Positions 28,396 through 39,367 are shown, counted from the stretch's first letter. The stretch: 64,000 nt of DNA from an uncultured Desulfosarcina sp. (GCA_963674945.2 CAXXWQ010000003.1:1344001-1408000), one strand, 5' to 3'. Translations and numbers: made by a program. The notes: a model not told the origin generated them from the letters alone.

Positions 28396-29820
28396 TTATT
28401 TCACGGTCGTTTCGATCTTGAGATTGTACTTGTCGATCTTGGCGTGCAGGGTCGGTCTGGAAATGCCCAGTAGTTTCGCGGCCTGTGAGCGGTTGCCGCC
28501 GGTAATGTTCAACGCCTCTCCCACCAGGAGGCTTCCGAAATGATCCAGGCAATTCTCGAAGAGATTGTTCTGGTCCCCCTCGGAAAACCGGCTTCGAATC
28601 CATGCCCGGATGCCGACTTCACAATTGCTGTCAAGAGGGGCGCCGATCTGCTGGTCTTTGCCGATGGCCTGATTGATGTCCGCCTGGCTGAGTGGCGCTC
28701 CCCGGTTGAAAATCATCGCTTTTTGTATGGTGTTGGACAACTCGCGAATATTTCCCGGCCAGGGATTCGAGACAAGCAGAGAGACGGCACCACGGGTAAT
28801 CCCGGGGTTCTCGACATTCAGTTCCGAGGAAAAACGGGCCAGGAAATAGTCTGCCAGCAAAGGTATGTCACCGGTGCGTTCCCTGAGCGGCGGCAGCCAG
28901 ATGGTAATTACCTTGAGCCGGTAGTATAGGTCTTCACGAAAATGGCCGGATGCGATTAATTGTTCCAAGTCCCGATTGGTGGCGGCAATGATGCGTACGT
29001 CCACCGGAATGGTATCCCGGCCGCCCAACCGTTCGATGCTCTTCTCCTGAAGCAGGCGAAGCATCTTTGCCTGCAGATTCATGGGCATGTCGCCGATTTC
29101 ATCCAAAAAGACCGTGCCGCCATGGGCCTGTTCGATTTTGCCCAGGCGCCGATGCGTGGCTCCTGTGAATGCTCCTTTTTCGTAACCGAAAAGCTCGCTT
29201 TCCAGTAATGTGTCGGGAATGGCCACACAGTTGATTACCAAAAAGGGCTTTCCTGCACGTGTACTATGCTGGTACAATGCCCTGGCTGCGAGTTCTTTAC
29301 CGGAGCCGGATTCACCGCGAACGAGCACGGTGGCATCCGTAGCCGCCACCCGCCCGATGGCCTTGTACACCTCCTGCATCGCCGGGCTTTTACCGATAAT
29401 CGCTTCCCCCCTGGTGTGGTTCGGTGAGACATCCATGTCCACCGGTGACCGCATGAATCGGCCGACCTCCAGGGCCTGGCGGATCGTTGTGAGCATCTGG
29501 GGAATGTCAAACGGCTTTACGACATAGTCGAAGGCACCCATTTTTGTCGCTTCGATGGCTGTTTCCGTCGTGCCGAAGGCCGTCATGATGATAACCGGCA
29601 GTTTCTGCTCGATACTGTGAATCCGTTGGAACGTTTCCAAGCCATTCATCCCGGGGAGGCGAACATCCAGAATCACCAGATCGGGAGGCGCATCGTCGAC
29701 CATACGGATCCCCGCTTCACCGGAGGCGGCGGTACGAACCTGATAGCCCTCTTCGATCAGAAGCCGTTCAAAGCTCATTCGAAGCTGATCGTCATCGTCA
29801 ATGATCAATACGGTACTCAA
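28396..29820 (-). CDS. NtrC-type sigma-54 response regulator (REC-AAA-HTH)
   Basis: REC domain, GESGSGKE, ESELFGYEKGAFTGA, FREDLYYRL, WPGNIREL, Fis-type HTH. TTG start overlaps the kinase stop. Confidence 0.96.
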   Translation of the reverse strand: MSTVLIIDDDDQLRMSFERLLIEEGYQVRTAASGEAGIRMVDDAPPDLVILDVRLPGMNGLETFQRIHSIEQKLPVIIMTAFGTTETAIEATKMGAFDYVVKPFDIPQMLTTIRQALEVGRFMRSPVDMDVSPNHTRGEAIIGKSPAMQEVYKAIGRVAATDATVLVRGESGSGKELAARALYQHSTRAGKPFLVINCVAIPDTLLESELFGYEKGAFTGATHRRLGKIEQAHGGTVFLDEIGDMPMNLQAKMLRLLQEKSIERLGGRDTIPVDVRIIAATNRDLEQLIASGHFREDLYYRLKVITIWLPPLRERTGDIPLLADYFLARFSSELNVENPGITRGAVSLLVSNPWPGNIRELSNTIQKAMIFNRGAPLSQADINQAIGKDQQIGAPLDSNCEVGIRAWIRSRFSEGDQNNLFENCLDHFGSLLVGEALNITGGNRSQAAKLLGISRPTLHAKIDKYNLKIETTVK

Positions 29821-31286
29821 AATTTACCTCCTCTAGTCGGCAGCACAAGAGTAAATGTGGAACCATATCCCTCTTTGGATACAAGATCGATTTCGCCGCC
29901 ATGTTCCCGGATAATCCGTTCGACAATGCTGAGCCCCAGACCAGTCCCTTCCTCCTTGGTGGTAAAAAAAGGATCGAAAACTTTTTTCCGCACTCCATCG
30001 GACATTCCCGGGCCGTCATCGCTGATTCGTATTACCACTTTTTGCCTGTCGGATCGATGGATCACGCTTTCATAAATATCGATACGGCCACCGTCACTCA
30101 TGGCTTCACATGCATTGACGATCAAATTGACCAGAACCTCCTTGAGTTGGTCCGGGTCTGCGTCTACGGCAGGAAGAATACCGTCCCGATGGATGGTTGC
30201 ATCGACATTGTAGGATTCAAGCCGGTAACGCAGCAACTGAACGGCGGTATCCACAACCGTGGATGGACTGATTGGCTGGATTTGCAACCGGGGGGGACGT
30301 GAAAATTCAAGAAAATTCTGCACGATGGTATCGATATGGTTGATCTCTTCCGAAATGACCTCGAAGTCCTCCCTTTGCGTACCGGACAGCTTGAGAGATC
30401 GACTCAGAGAGAAAAGACGCATCTTCACGGAAGTAAACGGATTCCGGACACTGTGGGCCATTCCGGCAGCCAGCTTGCCGACCATGGCCATTTTCTCTGC
30501 CTGTAGAAGATTTTCGCGGCTTTTTTTCAATTCATTCTGGGTCTGGCCCACATCCTCCATCAGGCTGTGCACGCTGCGGCTCAGCGTTTTCACATCATTT
30601 CCGGATAGTTCGATATCCTCACTCCGGCTGGTTTCCCGAATCAACAACCTGACAGGATTGAGGATCTGATTGACCAGCAGATAGGCCAGAAGCAGTACCA
30701 GAAGAATTTGCGTGACAATCACCGCCATGGCCGTGTCCCGCAACCTGGCTGCCTCGATCAGGGCATTCTGCTTGGCCTGAATGATCGATGCCGTGTGTTC
30801 TTTCTTGTAATCTTCGCACATCTGTAAAATGGAGAAAAAACGATCGCGGACATCCTGGTGCAGCTGCGATCCCAACTCCTCCTTGCCGGATCTGTAGTAT
30901 TCAATCACCTGATCCTTTTCTTGAATGTATTTATCGTATTCCTGGGAAATTTTTAAAATGGTGGCATGCTGCCGGGGAGACTGGGCCAGCGCCTTGGCCT
31001 GCCCCAGCTGTTCCCTGAAAATACGGCGGAACTTTTCCAACTGGATCAGCCAATCCGAATTGTTGTCGAGGAAATAATAGGAAACGAATCCTTTCTGATT
31101 GACAAGAGCGATTTCCAACGATTCGGCGCTCTGGAAAGCCACCAGGTTCTCATCGGTGATGGTCGTGAGTACTTTCTCGATACTGTAGGAGTACCAAACC
31201 ATCACCGCCGCACCGGAAAATGTCACAAGCAAAATGGCGGTCAGCAGAAAATAGAAGCGATTTTTAAGACTGATACGCATCCACAT
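29817..31286 (-). CDS. Sensor histidine kinase (four-helix-bundle sensor)
   Basis: Two TM helices; H-box AHSVRNP, N-box NACEA, DDGPG, FFTTK, GTGLGL. Confidence 0.93.
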   Translation of the reverse strand: MWMRISLKNRFYFLLTAILLVTFSGAAVMVWYSYSIEKVLTTITDENLVAFQSAESLEIALVNQKGFVSYYFLDNNSDWLIQLEKFRRIFREQLGQAKALAQSPRQHATILKISQEYDKYIQEKDQVIEYYRSGKEELGSQLHQDVRDRFFSILQMCEDYKKEHTASIIQAKQNALIEAARLRDTAMAVIVTQILLVLLLAYLLVNQILNPVRLLIRETSRSEDIELSGNDVKTLSRSVHSLMEDVGQTQNELKKSRENLLQAEKMAMVGKLAAGMAHSVRNPFTSVKMRLFSLSRSLKLSGTQREDFEVISEEINHIDTIVQNFLEFSRPPRLQIQPISPSTVVDTAVQLLRYRLESYNVDATIHRDGILPAVDADPDQLKEVLVNLIVNACEAMSDGGRIDIYESVIHRSDRQKVVIRISDDGPGMSDGVRKKVFDPFFTTKEEGTGLGLSIVERIIREHGGEIDLVSKEGYGSTFTLVLPTRGGKF

Positions 31287-31377
31287 GAAATATTCCTTTA
31301 CCGATCATTTTGATCTATTTTTCTCCCGCCCAAGGTGAGCAGTTAGCTGTTAGTAATTAGCTGCTTGCATGTAAGGG

Positions 31378-33999
31378 CTAACCGTTCAAGTCAGGTCCCT
31401 CCAACAACGCGATACGTTCCGAAAGCTGTTTTCTGTAGTGGGCCACCATCGAGGGGTTGGTCATGATCATATCCAGTTGACGGGTGTGAATGGTCAGATA
31501 GCCGAGGACCTTTAAATGCGCGACCATGGTATCGGCATCGTTTTGTTCCACGCGGGCGCGCAGGCAATCCTTGATCACTTCGGTTCGAAACCCCCTGTCA
31601 TCCAATATCTCCTTCACAAACAGCACCCGTTTCAAACGCCTGTCGAAATTGGCGGCACCGCCTTTGAACTGGAAACTGATGTAGTTCTCCATGCTGCGCT
31701 CTCCCACCAGTGCCTCGGTGATGGCAAAATGAAAGCCCAGACGAGACTGCAGACTACAATAGTTTTTTGATATCATAAAATAATTCCGGTTGGCCATGCT
31801 TGTTCGCACGGTGGGCAACAATGCCTGATTCTGGGTGGCCTGAAACATGACGGACATAAATCCCTTGCCGTCAACCGGAGGCGGACCTTCCCATGGATGT
31901 GCGGTGATCCCCTCCCAAAGGGCAAGCATGGGGATCGAGACAATCTGGTCGATATCGATAAATCGGTCCGCATTGGCATCGGTCTCGAAGCCGTCATCCA
32001 GATTGAGGACCCACCACTGCATGGGGATTTTCACACGCAACTGTTTTGAGGCACGCTCGGGAAAACGGTGGGCTTTGCCGAAGCGAAACATCTCGTGAAC
32101 GCTTTTCTCGTGACAAAAGCGGGTGATGTCATGCAGGGTCTTGCAGTTGGCGGCCTTGAATTGGGGACTGTCCGGGTCGATCAGGGACAATGGCGTAATA
32201 TATGCGGTGGCTTTCTCGAGAAGGGCATAGACCGGCGTATCTTTCATCATCGTTTTGGATGACTGTTCCTTTTCACCGGACAAAAGCAAAGGCTGCTCGC
32301 CGTTGTATATGCTGCGGGCATCTGCATCCACGGTGATGACATCCCGGGTGGCGAGGACGTCCAGCACCCCTTCTGCACCGAAAAGGGCCGGCACATGAAA
32401 TTCCCTGGCCACATTGGCCAGGTGGCCCGTAAGGCTTCCCTTTTCGCTGACAACGGCGGCAGCCCGGGGCAACAACGTGGCCCAGCGGGCCAGTGCACGA
32501 TCGGTGACGAGGACCGCTCCATCGGGAAATCGCAAGGCATCGACTTCCTTGGTCACGCGGTGAATCGTGCCGGCGGCGACGCCGGGAGATGCGGTCACGC
32601 CTCCCTGGTAAAGGGCAGGCGGCAGATGATCGACGGCACCGATATCCGGCTTTTTCCCCGAATCATCAGTCTTCACCTGCAAAGGACGGCATTGCAAGAG
32701 CACGATTCGCCCTTTTCGATCGACGGCCCATTCGATGTCCTGGGCGCAGCCCGCATACCGTTCGATATCCACCGCCATGGTGGCCAGTTCAATGATCTGG
32801 TTTTCGGTTAAGGAAGCTTGGCGGCTTTCCGGCCCGGTTTCATCCAGCCGGCAAACCCCTTCGCCGGGAAAACAGACATACTTTTGTGCCTTGGCGGCGA
32901 TCTGGCGGTCGACCACCGACAGGGCGGGAGACTTGGCCACGCGAAACAGGTCCGTTGCCACCGTGCCGTCTACCACCGACTTGGGCAGCCCCCAGGCACT
33001 GTTGATCAAAACGGTTTGATCCCTGATGTTCATGGGATTTACCGTATAGAGAACGCCGCCACTGACTGCATCGACCATTTCCATCATACCCACGCACATG
33101 TCAGCGTCTTCATCGGTCAATCCCCGGCTGAAACGATAGGCCATTACCGCCGGTGAATACGCGGCGGCGACGATCTGCTTGTAGGTGGCCGCCAGATGGT
33201 CGGAAGAAATATTAAGCGCACTGTGGTAGAGCCCGGCAAAGCTGACACCTTCCCGGTCCTCATTGAGGGCACTGCTGCGAACAGCCAGTCGAACCGTCTT
33301 GCCCAGACGGGCGGCAAGCGCCTCATAGGCTTCGGAAATGGCGGTTTCCAGATCATCGGGAAGCGGTGCATCTTCGATCAGCCCCCGGATTTCTGCACTG
33401 GTGATATAGAAACGTTGATATCCGTGCTCTTCCGCACGCTGAATACGCCGCCTGATTTCGGTTCTCAGCTCATTGTGATGCAAAAAACGGCGAAAGGCGC
33501 TGGCGGTAACCACGAATCCATCCGGTATCCGTATATGCAGTCGGTTTGCCATCTCCCCGAGACTGGCCATTTTCATTCCGGCTTGATCGGCATGGGATTT
33601 GTCCAAGTCTGAAAAATGGAGAATGAACGGTCCTGCATCGCCGCCCTCATGGCGGGGCGTGACCAGCGCTTCCAACTTCAGACGTATCTCCTCCAGGCGT
33701 TGCGAAAGTGCCTCGTATTTGCCGGGAGAAAGGGCATTCAGATGCTTGACAATCTGATACACCCGCGTATAGGCACCCATGGTGCGGGATCGGATGAACT
33801 TCATGCCGAACAAAGCCGTGCCCGCCAGCGCCAGTTCGAGTTCCGTCATGATCTCCAGAGCCTGATTATTGGCATTCAGGAGCATCTTGAACTGGTGGTA
33901 CCGCCATTGAAACTCGAGGCGAAGGGAATCGGCATCCGGATGATCGATCTTCCTTGATTTTGGTTTCAACCAATTAAATAGGTGATGCCATCGCGCCAT
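31378..33999 (-). CDS. PEP-synthase/PPDK-like dikinase (ATP-grasp, His domain, non-canonical C-terminus)
   Basis: AVRSSA..ED...SFAG, WGL...VVDG, QDIEWA, LLQCRP, phospho-His motif GSLTGHLANVARE. Confidence 0.85.
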   Translation of the reverse strand: MARWHHLFNWLKPKSRKIDHPDADSLRLEFQWRYHQFKMLLNANNQALEIMTELELALAGTALFGMKFIRSRTMGAYTRVYQIVKHLNALSPGKYEALSQRLEEIRLKLEALVTPRHEGGDAGPFILHFSDLDKSHADQAGMKMASLGEMANRLHIRIPDGFVVTASAFRRFLHHNELRTEIRRRIQRAEEHGYQRFYITSAEIRGLIEDAPLPDDLETAISEAYEALAARLGKTVRLAVRSSALNEDREGVSFAGLYHSALNISSDHLAATYKQIVAAAYSPAVMAYRFSRGLTDEDADMCVGMMEMVDAVSGGVLYTVNPMNIRDQTVLINSAWGLPKSVVDGTVATDLFRVAKSPALSVVDRQIAAKAQKYVCFPGEGVCRLDETGPESRQASLTENQIIELATMAVDIERYAGCAQDIEWAVDRKGRIVLLQCRPLQVKTDDSGKKPDIGAVDHLPPALYQGGVTASPGVAAGTIHRVTKEVDALRFPDGAVLVTDRALARWATLLPRAAAVVSEKGSLTGHLANVAREFHVPALFGAEGVLDVLATRDVITVDADARSIYNGEQPLLLSGEKEQSSKTMMKDTPVYALLEKATAYITPLSLIDPDSPQFKAANCKTLHDITRFCHEKSVHEMFRFGKAHRFPERASKQLRVKIPMQWWVLNLDDGFETDANADRFIDIDQIVSIPMLALWEGITAHPWEGPPPVDGKGFMSVMFQATQNQALLPTVRTSMANRNYFMISKNYCSLQSRLGFHFAITEALVGERSMENYISFQFKGGAANFDRRLKRVLFVKEILDDRGFRTEVIKDCLRARVEQNDADTMVAHLKVLGYLTIHTRQLDMIMTNPSMVAHYRKQLSERIALLEGPDLNG

Positions 34000-34044
34000 G
34001 GTTGGATAGGGTTTTCGGTATCAGGTTTACGGTAGTAAGGTTTT

Positions 34045-34095
34045 GGGCTGGGGGGAAAGGATGCCCGGTGACATTTGCCCCTTTCCCCCCAGCCC
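34045..34095. repeat. Perfect 16-bp inverted repeat (GC-rich stem-loop)
   Basis: GGGCTGGGGGGAAAGG (34045-34060) and CCTTTCCCCCCAGCCC (34080-34095), 19-nt loop. Confidence 0.85.
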
Positions 34096-34119
34096 CTTCG
34101 CGATAGAAGGCGGACCGAA

Positions 34120-34806
34120 CTAATGCTCCAGATGCAGGCCCCAGCCTTCAAACAGATACATGATTCCGAAACCATACCACAAGGTATAGACCACGTAAAA
34201 GACCAGGGAAAAAAGGACGACGCCGAGACGGTCGGTTATTTTTTGTCCTTCAATTCCATAATAATTATATGATGTCTCCACAGCCTTCTGGTTGACCAGA
34301 TCGGCAACTTTGGCCACATTGAATCGTTTTTGCTTTTTCAGATCGAAATCCATGGCCTTGAGGGCGCTCCACCAATTGTAAAGAACGGCCTTTTCTGCAT
34401 ATCCGTATTTGTTCGACACTGCGGTACCATCGTTGTCGTACATGAGTTGGGCATCGTCCAGGCATTGGTTCAGGATGTTGATGATGTTGCCGGTAACGGC
34501 CAGCTGCGCTCCTTCCTGATCAACCTGTGCCCCGGCTTTGACGAAAAGGGGCACGGTTTGCTGGGCCTGGGCTTCGCTTTTCATGATCAGGTTGATGGTC
34601 AGATCCGGTGTTTGAATCTTCTGAACATCCTCCCGCACCGATTCTATATAGTAGGCAGATCCCTTGGATATGGAGTTATACAGATTGTCCAGATATTCCA
34701 AACCGTTTTTCCCGTTGAACAGGGGCATGAAAATGGCAACAAAGACGACGGAAAAAAGGATCATCAGTATCATTCCGAGCAGAAATTTATCTTTTTTGGC
34801 AATCAT
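34120..34806 (-). CDS. Conserved membrane protein coupled to the TauE/SafE transporter
   Basis: ATGA overlap with the transporter stop; N- and C-terminal TM helices; LYNSISKGSAYY. Confidence 0.8.
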   Translation of the reverse strand: MIAKKDKFLLGMILMILFSVVFVAIFMPLFNGKNGLEYLDNLYNSISKGSAYYIESVREDVQKIQTPDLTINLIMKSEAQAQQTVPLFVKAGAQVDQEGAQLAVTGNIINILNQCLDDAQLMYDNDGTAVSNKYGYAEKAVLYNWWSALKAMDFDLKKQKRFNVAKVADLVNQKAVETSYNYYGIEGQKITDRLGVVLFSLVFYVVYTLWYGFGIMYLFEGWGLHLEH

Positions 34807-36098
34807 GCTTGTCCTCCCTCCCCTTTCAGTACACCGATGTTTTTCAAGAATGTGCCGATCACCCAAACGCCAAAACCGCCGATGACGATAAAAAACGCCC
34901 AAATTCCAATGGTGTCGAGAATCGCCCCCGTGCCCTTGGAAATCTTGATGATCCCCATCGCACCCAGTTTGGACGGCAGGGCAAAGAAACGGTTGACGAA
35001 TCCGGCCAGAACGGCCATGGCATAAAAACCGCGGATGGTAATTCCCGGCACCACCTTGGTCACCATGGCGCCGATCTGGATACCCAGCAGCGATCCCAGC
35101 AGCATTCCCATTGCCAGGGTATAGAAGATGAACCCATATATGGCATACTGGCTGATGGATGCGTAACCGGCGGTAAAAACAATCTGAAAGATGTCGGTTC
35201 CCACCGTTGTCATGGACGACACGCCCAGCATATAAACGAAGATGGGAAAGGTGAGAAATCCACCGCCCACCCCCATGATGCCTGCTGCCAGTCCCACCAG
35301 GGCACCGGAAAGCACCAAAAATACCCAGGAAATACTTCGTCCATCGGGGGTAAAATCGAAATCGAATTTGATCATGGGCGGAATCTTTACCGCCTGGAGC
35401 TTTTTGGGCAGGCCGCCCAGGTCCGCCCCTTCGGACTTACCCCCGCCGTGGGCCGAACCTTCCGTGTCTCCTGATTTCCTGCTCTTGAGAAAATCGATCA
35501 TGGCATAGAGGCCCAAAAAACCCAGCATCAGGGCATATATCGTCGTTATGAAGGCGTCCGAGAGAACCGGGTTGAGCTCGTAAAGCACCCGGTTGATCAA
35601 TCCACCGGCAGTCGCCCCGATGATGGCGCCAATGAGAAATACGACCGCCAGCGGAACGGAAACATTACCCAGTTTGCGATGAATGACGCTTCCCATGATC
35701 GCTTTGGCGAAAATGTGAAACAGATCCGTTCCTACGGCCAGGATACCCTTAATCCCGGCGCTCATCAGGGCCGGGGCGATAATAAAGCCGCCTCCGGCAC
35801 CGATGCAGCCGGTAATCAAGCCGGCACCCAGGCCGATGAGAATGGATACGATGAAAATACCGGTGGAATAAAATGCAGGGCTATAGGCCTTCTTTCCGCC
35901 GAGGATATCGGGAATGGCGTCCCCGAGCTGATCGGCGAAGACGAGGCCTCCCAGAATCAGCGGTACCAGGGTCAGCAGCAACAGCACCCATACCCGTTTT
36001 CGGTCTCCAAGGATATTGCTGGACATCTGTATCTCCCAGCGTGCATGGGCTTTCGCCCCTTCCATCATGAATCTGCCCCATTGTTTGAAGAAATTCAT
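34803..36098 (-). CDS. TauE/SafE (TSUP) family transporter
   Basis: Duplicated GCIGAGGGF..P / GIMGVGGGF..P and VGTD motifs; RBS GGGAGG. Confidence 0.9.
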   Translation of the reverse strand: MNFFKQWGRFMMEGAKAHARWEIQMSSNILGDRKRVWVLLLLTLVPLILGGLVFADQLGDAIPDILGGKKAYSPAFYSTGIFIVSILIGLGAGLITGCIGAGGGFIIAPALMSAGIKGILAVGTDLFHIFAKAIMGSVIHRKLGNVSVPLAVVFLIGAIIGATAGGLINRVLYELNPVLSDAFITTIYALMLGFLGLYAMIDFLKSRKSGDTEGSAHGGGKSEGADLGGLPKKLQAVKIPPMIKFDFDFTPDGRSISWVFLVLSGALVGLAAGIMGVGGGFLTFPIFVYMLGVSSMTTVGTDIFQIVFTAGYASISQYAIYGFIFYTLAMGMLLGSLLGIQIGAMVTKVVPGITIRGFYAMAVLAGFVNRFFALPSKLGAMGIIKISKGTGAILDTIGIWAFFIVIGGFGVWVIGTFLKNIGVLKGEGGQA

Positions 36099-36254
36099 AT
36101 CCTCCCTCACTTTACCATTCGAACAGTTGAAGTTGATAAACGCGAACCGGATCATTCGCCGGCTGTCCTGTTGCTTCATGCACCCTCCAAAATCGCCGGG
36201 TCAAAATGAAAATACGGTCCATGCTCGGTTTGCCATTCATTCCAACCGACGGCA

Positions 36255-36668
36255 TTATGCCAGCCCCTTGCTCATCCGATGAATTTTATCCTCATGAATA
36301 CGCTTCTTTTTAAAAGCGTCTTCTGCCTTATATAGCAACTCGTCCATATCCATGGGTTTCATCAGATAATCAAAGGCCCCCAGTTCCATCCCCTCGATGG
36401 CCACCTCCATGCTGGCATGACCGGTGAGCATGATCACTTCGGTCAGCGGATGATTCGTTTTGATGGACCGTAAGGTCTCAAGACCGTCCATGCCGGGCAT
36501 GCGCACATCCAGAATGACAACATCGGCCGGATGAGTGGCCAACCACGTCAAGGCAGCCTCACCGCTGTCTACGCCATTCACATCCACGTCCCGCCGCCTC
36601 ATCCGTTTAAGCAGCGTGTTGCGGAAATCCGTCTCGTCATCCACGAGTAACAGTTTCATCGGTTCCAT
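36255..36668 (-). CDS. Single-domain response regulator
   Basis: LLVDDE, ILDVRMPG, MLTGH, DYLMKP. Confidence 0.92.
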   Translation of the reverse strand: MEPMKLLLVDDETDFRNTLLKRMRRRDVDVNGVDSGEAALTWLATHPADVVILDVRMPGMDGLETLRSIKTNHPLTEVIMLTGHASMEVAIEGMELGAFDYLMKPMDMDELLYKAEDAFKKKRIHEDKIHRMSKGLA

Positions 36669-37074
36669 CCATGCTCTCCCTGTGGCGGACGGCTTCGTTG
36701 ATCTTATCAACCAGTTCCGCCAGCTCGTGTGGTTTGGTCAGATAGTCGAACGCACCATAGCGCAAACCTTCTTTGGATGCCTTTTCGGATCCGTGGCCGG
36801 TGAGCATGATCACCGGCATGTTCGGATCCATTTTCTTGAAGATCTTGAGAATTTCGATGCCGTCCATGTCTTCCAGTTTCAGGTCCAACACGGCAACATC
36901 AAAGTCCGATCGCCTGAGCAGTTGGATGCCCTCCGAGCCGGAATAGGCCTGGGTCACATGGATATTTCGTTTCTCCAGACGCTTGGACAGAACGTCGACA
37001 AATCCCTTTTCATCATCTACCAGAAGCAGACGGATGGGTTTATGATTATGGGGGTGTTGCCGGGTCGGATTCAT
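36637..37074 (-). CDS. Single-domain response regulator
   Basis: LLVDDE, VLDLKL, MLTGH, DYLTKP. Confidence 0.9.
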   Translation of the reverse strand: MNPTRQHPHNHKPIRLLLVDDEKGFVDVLSKRLEKRNIHVTQAYSGSEGIQLLRRSDFDVAVLDLKLEDMDGIEILKIFKKMDPNMPVIMLTGHGSEKASKEGLRYGAFDYLTKPHELAELVDKINEAVRHRESMDGTDETVTRG

Positions 37075-37083
37075 TGTCTTCCT

Positions 37084-37518
37084 CTAGGCACGGCGCGCCG
37101 TGATCTCTTTGATGCGGGCATTGATGATCTTTTCTTCATGCTGGCGCTTCCGTGCAGCCGCTTCGGCTACCTTTTCAATCAAATGATCCATTTCACAAGG
37201 CTTGAGCAGGTAATCGAAAGCGCCCAGTTTCATGCCCTCGATGGCGGACTCTACGGTGGCATGCCCCGTCAACATGATCACTTCGACCAGGGGTACCTTG
37301 CTTTTGATTGCCTTCAGCGCGTCGATACCGTCCATACCGGGCATTTTCACATCCAGTATCACCACTTCGGTGTTGTTGTTTTTGTCGGTCAGTTGTTCGA
37401 TGGCCTCCTGACCGCTGAATGCTTGCTCTACCTCAAGATCCCGCCTTTTCAGGCGCTTTGTCATTGCCTCAACAAATGGGACCTCATCGTCAACAAGCAT
37501 GATGGAAGCAATTGCCAT
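37084..37518 (-). CDS. Single-domain response regulator
   Basis: MLVDDE, ILDVKMPG, MLTGHATVESAIEGMKLGAFDYLLKP. Confidence 0.92.
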   Translation of the reverse strand: MAIASIMLVDDEVPFVEAMTKRLKRRDLEVEQAFSGQEAIEQLTDKNNNTEVVILDVKMPGMDGIDALKAIKSKVPLVEVIMLTGHATVESAIEGMKLGAFDYLLKPCEMDHLIEKVAEAAARKRQHEEKIINARIKEITARRA

Positions 37519-37547
37519 GAGTAATTCTCCTTTCCTAAAAACTAATC

Positions 37548-39281
37548 CTAATTACAGGATTCGGTTACTGGCTGCGTTTCGTGTTCCTTGGACTCTTCGG
37601 TTTTAATCGGAATTCGTATACTGAAAGTGGTGCCCCTATCCACAGCACTTCTCACCGTAATCTCACCTCCCATCCTGTGAATAATTCCGTAACATATACT
37701 CAGTCCCAATCCAGTTCCGCTGCCTACGGGTTTGGTGGTAAAAAACGGATCGAAGATCCGGGCCAGATTGGCCTTGGGAATCCCCGGCCCGTTATCCTTG
37801 ACATTGATGATGATATTACCCGATTCCTGCTTCGCACTGACCTCCAGCTCGCCGCCGGTCTTATCCATGGCGTCCAGGGCGTTGTTGATCAAATTGAGAA
37901 AAACCTGCTGCAATTCCGAATGTGAGGCCGAAATGGCAGGAAGTTTCGGCTCCAGATCGGTTGTCAGTTCCACATTGCTGTATTTGGCGCGCTGGGCGGA
38001 AAGTGCCACGACTTCTTCGATTAACGGACCGATTTCAAAATCTTCGATGCGGGAATCTGACTTTCGGGCAAAACTAAGGAGTTTATGGGTGATTTCCTTA
38101 CAACGACGGCCCTGGACCCGAATCTGATTCAGGGCCCGTTCGAATTCTTCAATGTCCTCTTTTTTTTCAAACGCGCCATCTTCCATCAGATCCTGCAGCC
38201 AGCCGGCCTCCTCGACCATGATGGCCACCGGATTGTTGATTTCGTGGGCGATGCCGGCGGCCAGTTCACCGACCGAGGCGAGCTTGCCGGTTTCGATGAC
38301 CTGCTGATTCATAATCTCCTTTTCCCTGTCCGAAGAGGCGATGCGATACACCATCTTTCGGGACATCCAGACGGCCATGGTCAAAATGGCGATGCCGCCG
38401 AGAACGATGAAGATCACCGCACCAAACTGGGCGTTGTGAAGATCGGAAAAGGCGTCCCTGCTGGTCTGTTTGTAGACCAGCAACCAGTCGCCACCTTTTA
38501 GCAGCGCGGAGACGTACAGGCTCTTCACACCGACGCCGTCAAGGCGTTCCTGGATTTCCACCTCCTTGCCCATGCGCTTTAGCTCGGTGAAATACCGGTC
38601 GTAGATGTCGAGATCCGGCGTGAATTCAAATATCGGCTTGGTTTGAAACTGTCCCTGTCGATTGAGAATATAGGCGAAGCCTGTTTCTCCGATGCGCACC
38701 TTTTCAACCAGCCGGTTAAAGGAGATGAAGTCGATTGTGGCACGGATGATCCATTTTTTGCCTTGCCAGGTCTTTTGCACGGCGATGATAAAGTGTGGCG
38801 AGCCGCGCAGGCCCAAAAATACGTCACTGGTAAAATATCGATTTTCTAATGCTTTCTTGAACCAATCGGCTTCTGCATATCGTGCCTTTTCCAGTTTGAA
38901 TGGCCCCGCATAGGCGACCTGCTGACCCGTTTCGTCGACGACACCCAAATCGACGAAAACCGTTCCATAGGCGCTTTGCAGGCGGGAGAGCTGATCGGTA
39001 AGACCGCCATTGTGGCCGATACCATCGAACTGCATGTTGTCGGCCAGAAAACTTACGTTGTGAATTCTCTCCGCAAGAAAACCATCGATATTCTGTTTGT
39101 GTTTGAGTACCAATTCTCCTAAATGGGCGTACACCTTTTCATGGTGGGAGGTACTGAACTTGTGCAGAATGATTCCGGTGACGATCATCATGGGGGCAAG
39201 GGAAATTACCGTCACCAGCAGCACCATGTTTCGGGCAAGGGAACGGTAGTAGTGACTCAGCATTGTTTTGTCTTGGTTCAT
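37548..39281 (-). CDS. Cache-domain sensor histidine kinase
   Basis: Two TM helices, SDVFLG.R..PHFIIAV, GETG.AY, AHEINNP, NALDA, GTGLGL. Confidence 0.92.
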   Translation of the reverse strand: MNQDKTMLSHYYRSLARNMVLLVTVISLAPMMIVTGIILHKFSTSHHEKVYAHLGELVLKHKQNIDGFLAERIHNVSFLADNMQFDGIGHNGGLTDQLSRLQSAYGTVFVDLGVVDETGQQVAYAGPFKLEKARYAEADWFKKALENRYFTSDVFLGLRGSPHFIIAVQKTWQGKKWIIRATIDFISFNRLVEKVRIGETGFAYILNRQGQFQTKPIFEFTPDLDIYDRYFTELKRMGKEVEIQERLDGVGVKSLYVSALLKGGDWLLVYKQTSRDAFSDLHNAQFGAVIFIVLGGIAILTMAVWMSRKMVYRIASSDREKEIMNQQVIETGKLASVGELAAGIAHEINNPVAIMVEEAGWLQDLMEDGAFEKKEDIEEFERALNQIRVQGRRCKEITHKLLSFARKSDSRIEDFEIGPLIEEVVALSAQRAKYSNVELTTDLEPKLPAISASHSELQQVFLNLINNALDAMDKTGGELEVSAKQESGNIIINVKDNGPGIPKANLARIFDPFFTTKPVGSGTGLGLSICYGIIHRMGGEITVRSAVDRGTTFSIRIPIKTEESKEHETQPVTESCN

Positions 39282-39351
39282 GGCCGTCCTGAGTGGGCTA
39301 ACGAGTTTTGGGTTGTGATCAAAAAACCGCCACCGTTTACTCATTATCAAG

Positions 39352-39367
39352 TTCAATGCCATTGCCA
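39352..39367 (-). promoter_or_regulatory. Putative sigma-54 promoter (degenerate -12)
   Basis: Minus strand TGGCAATGGCATTGAA, with three UAS-like repeats 73-125 bp upstream. Confidence 0.4.

Noticed and set aside
36535..37524. 329-aa plus-strand ORF and similar long antisense ORFs (21412, 24020, 27469, 42281, 43962, 61669, 63178)
   Set aside because: Shadows of well-supported genes on the opposite strand, with no family motifs.
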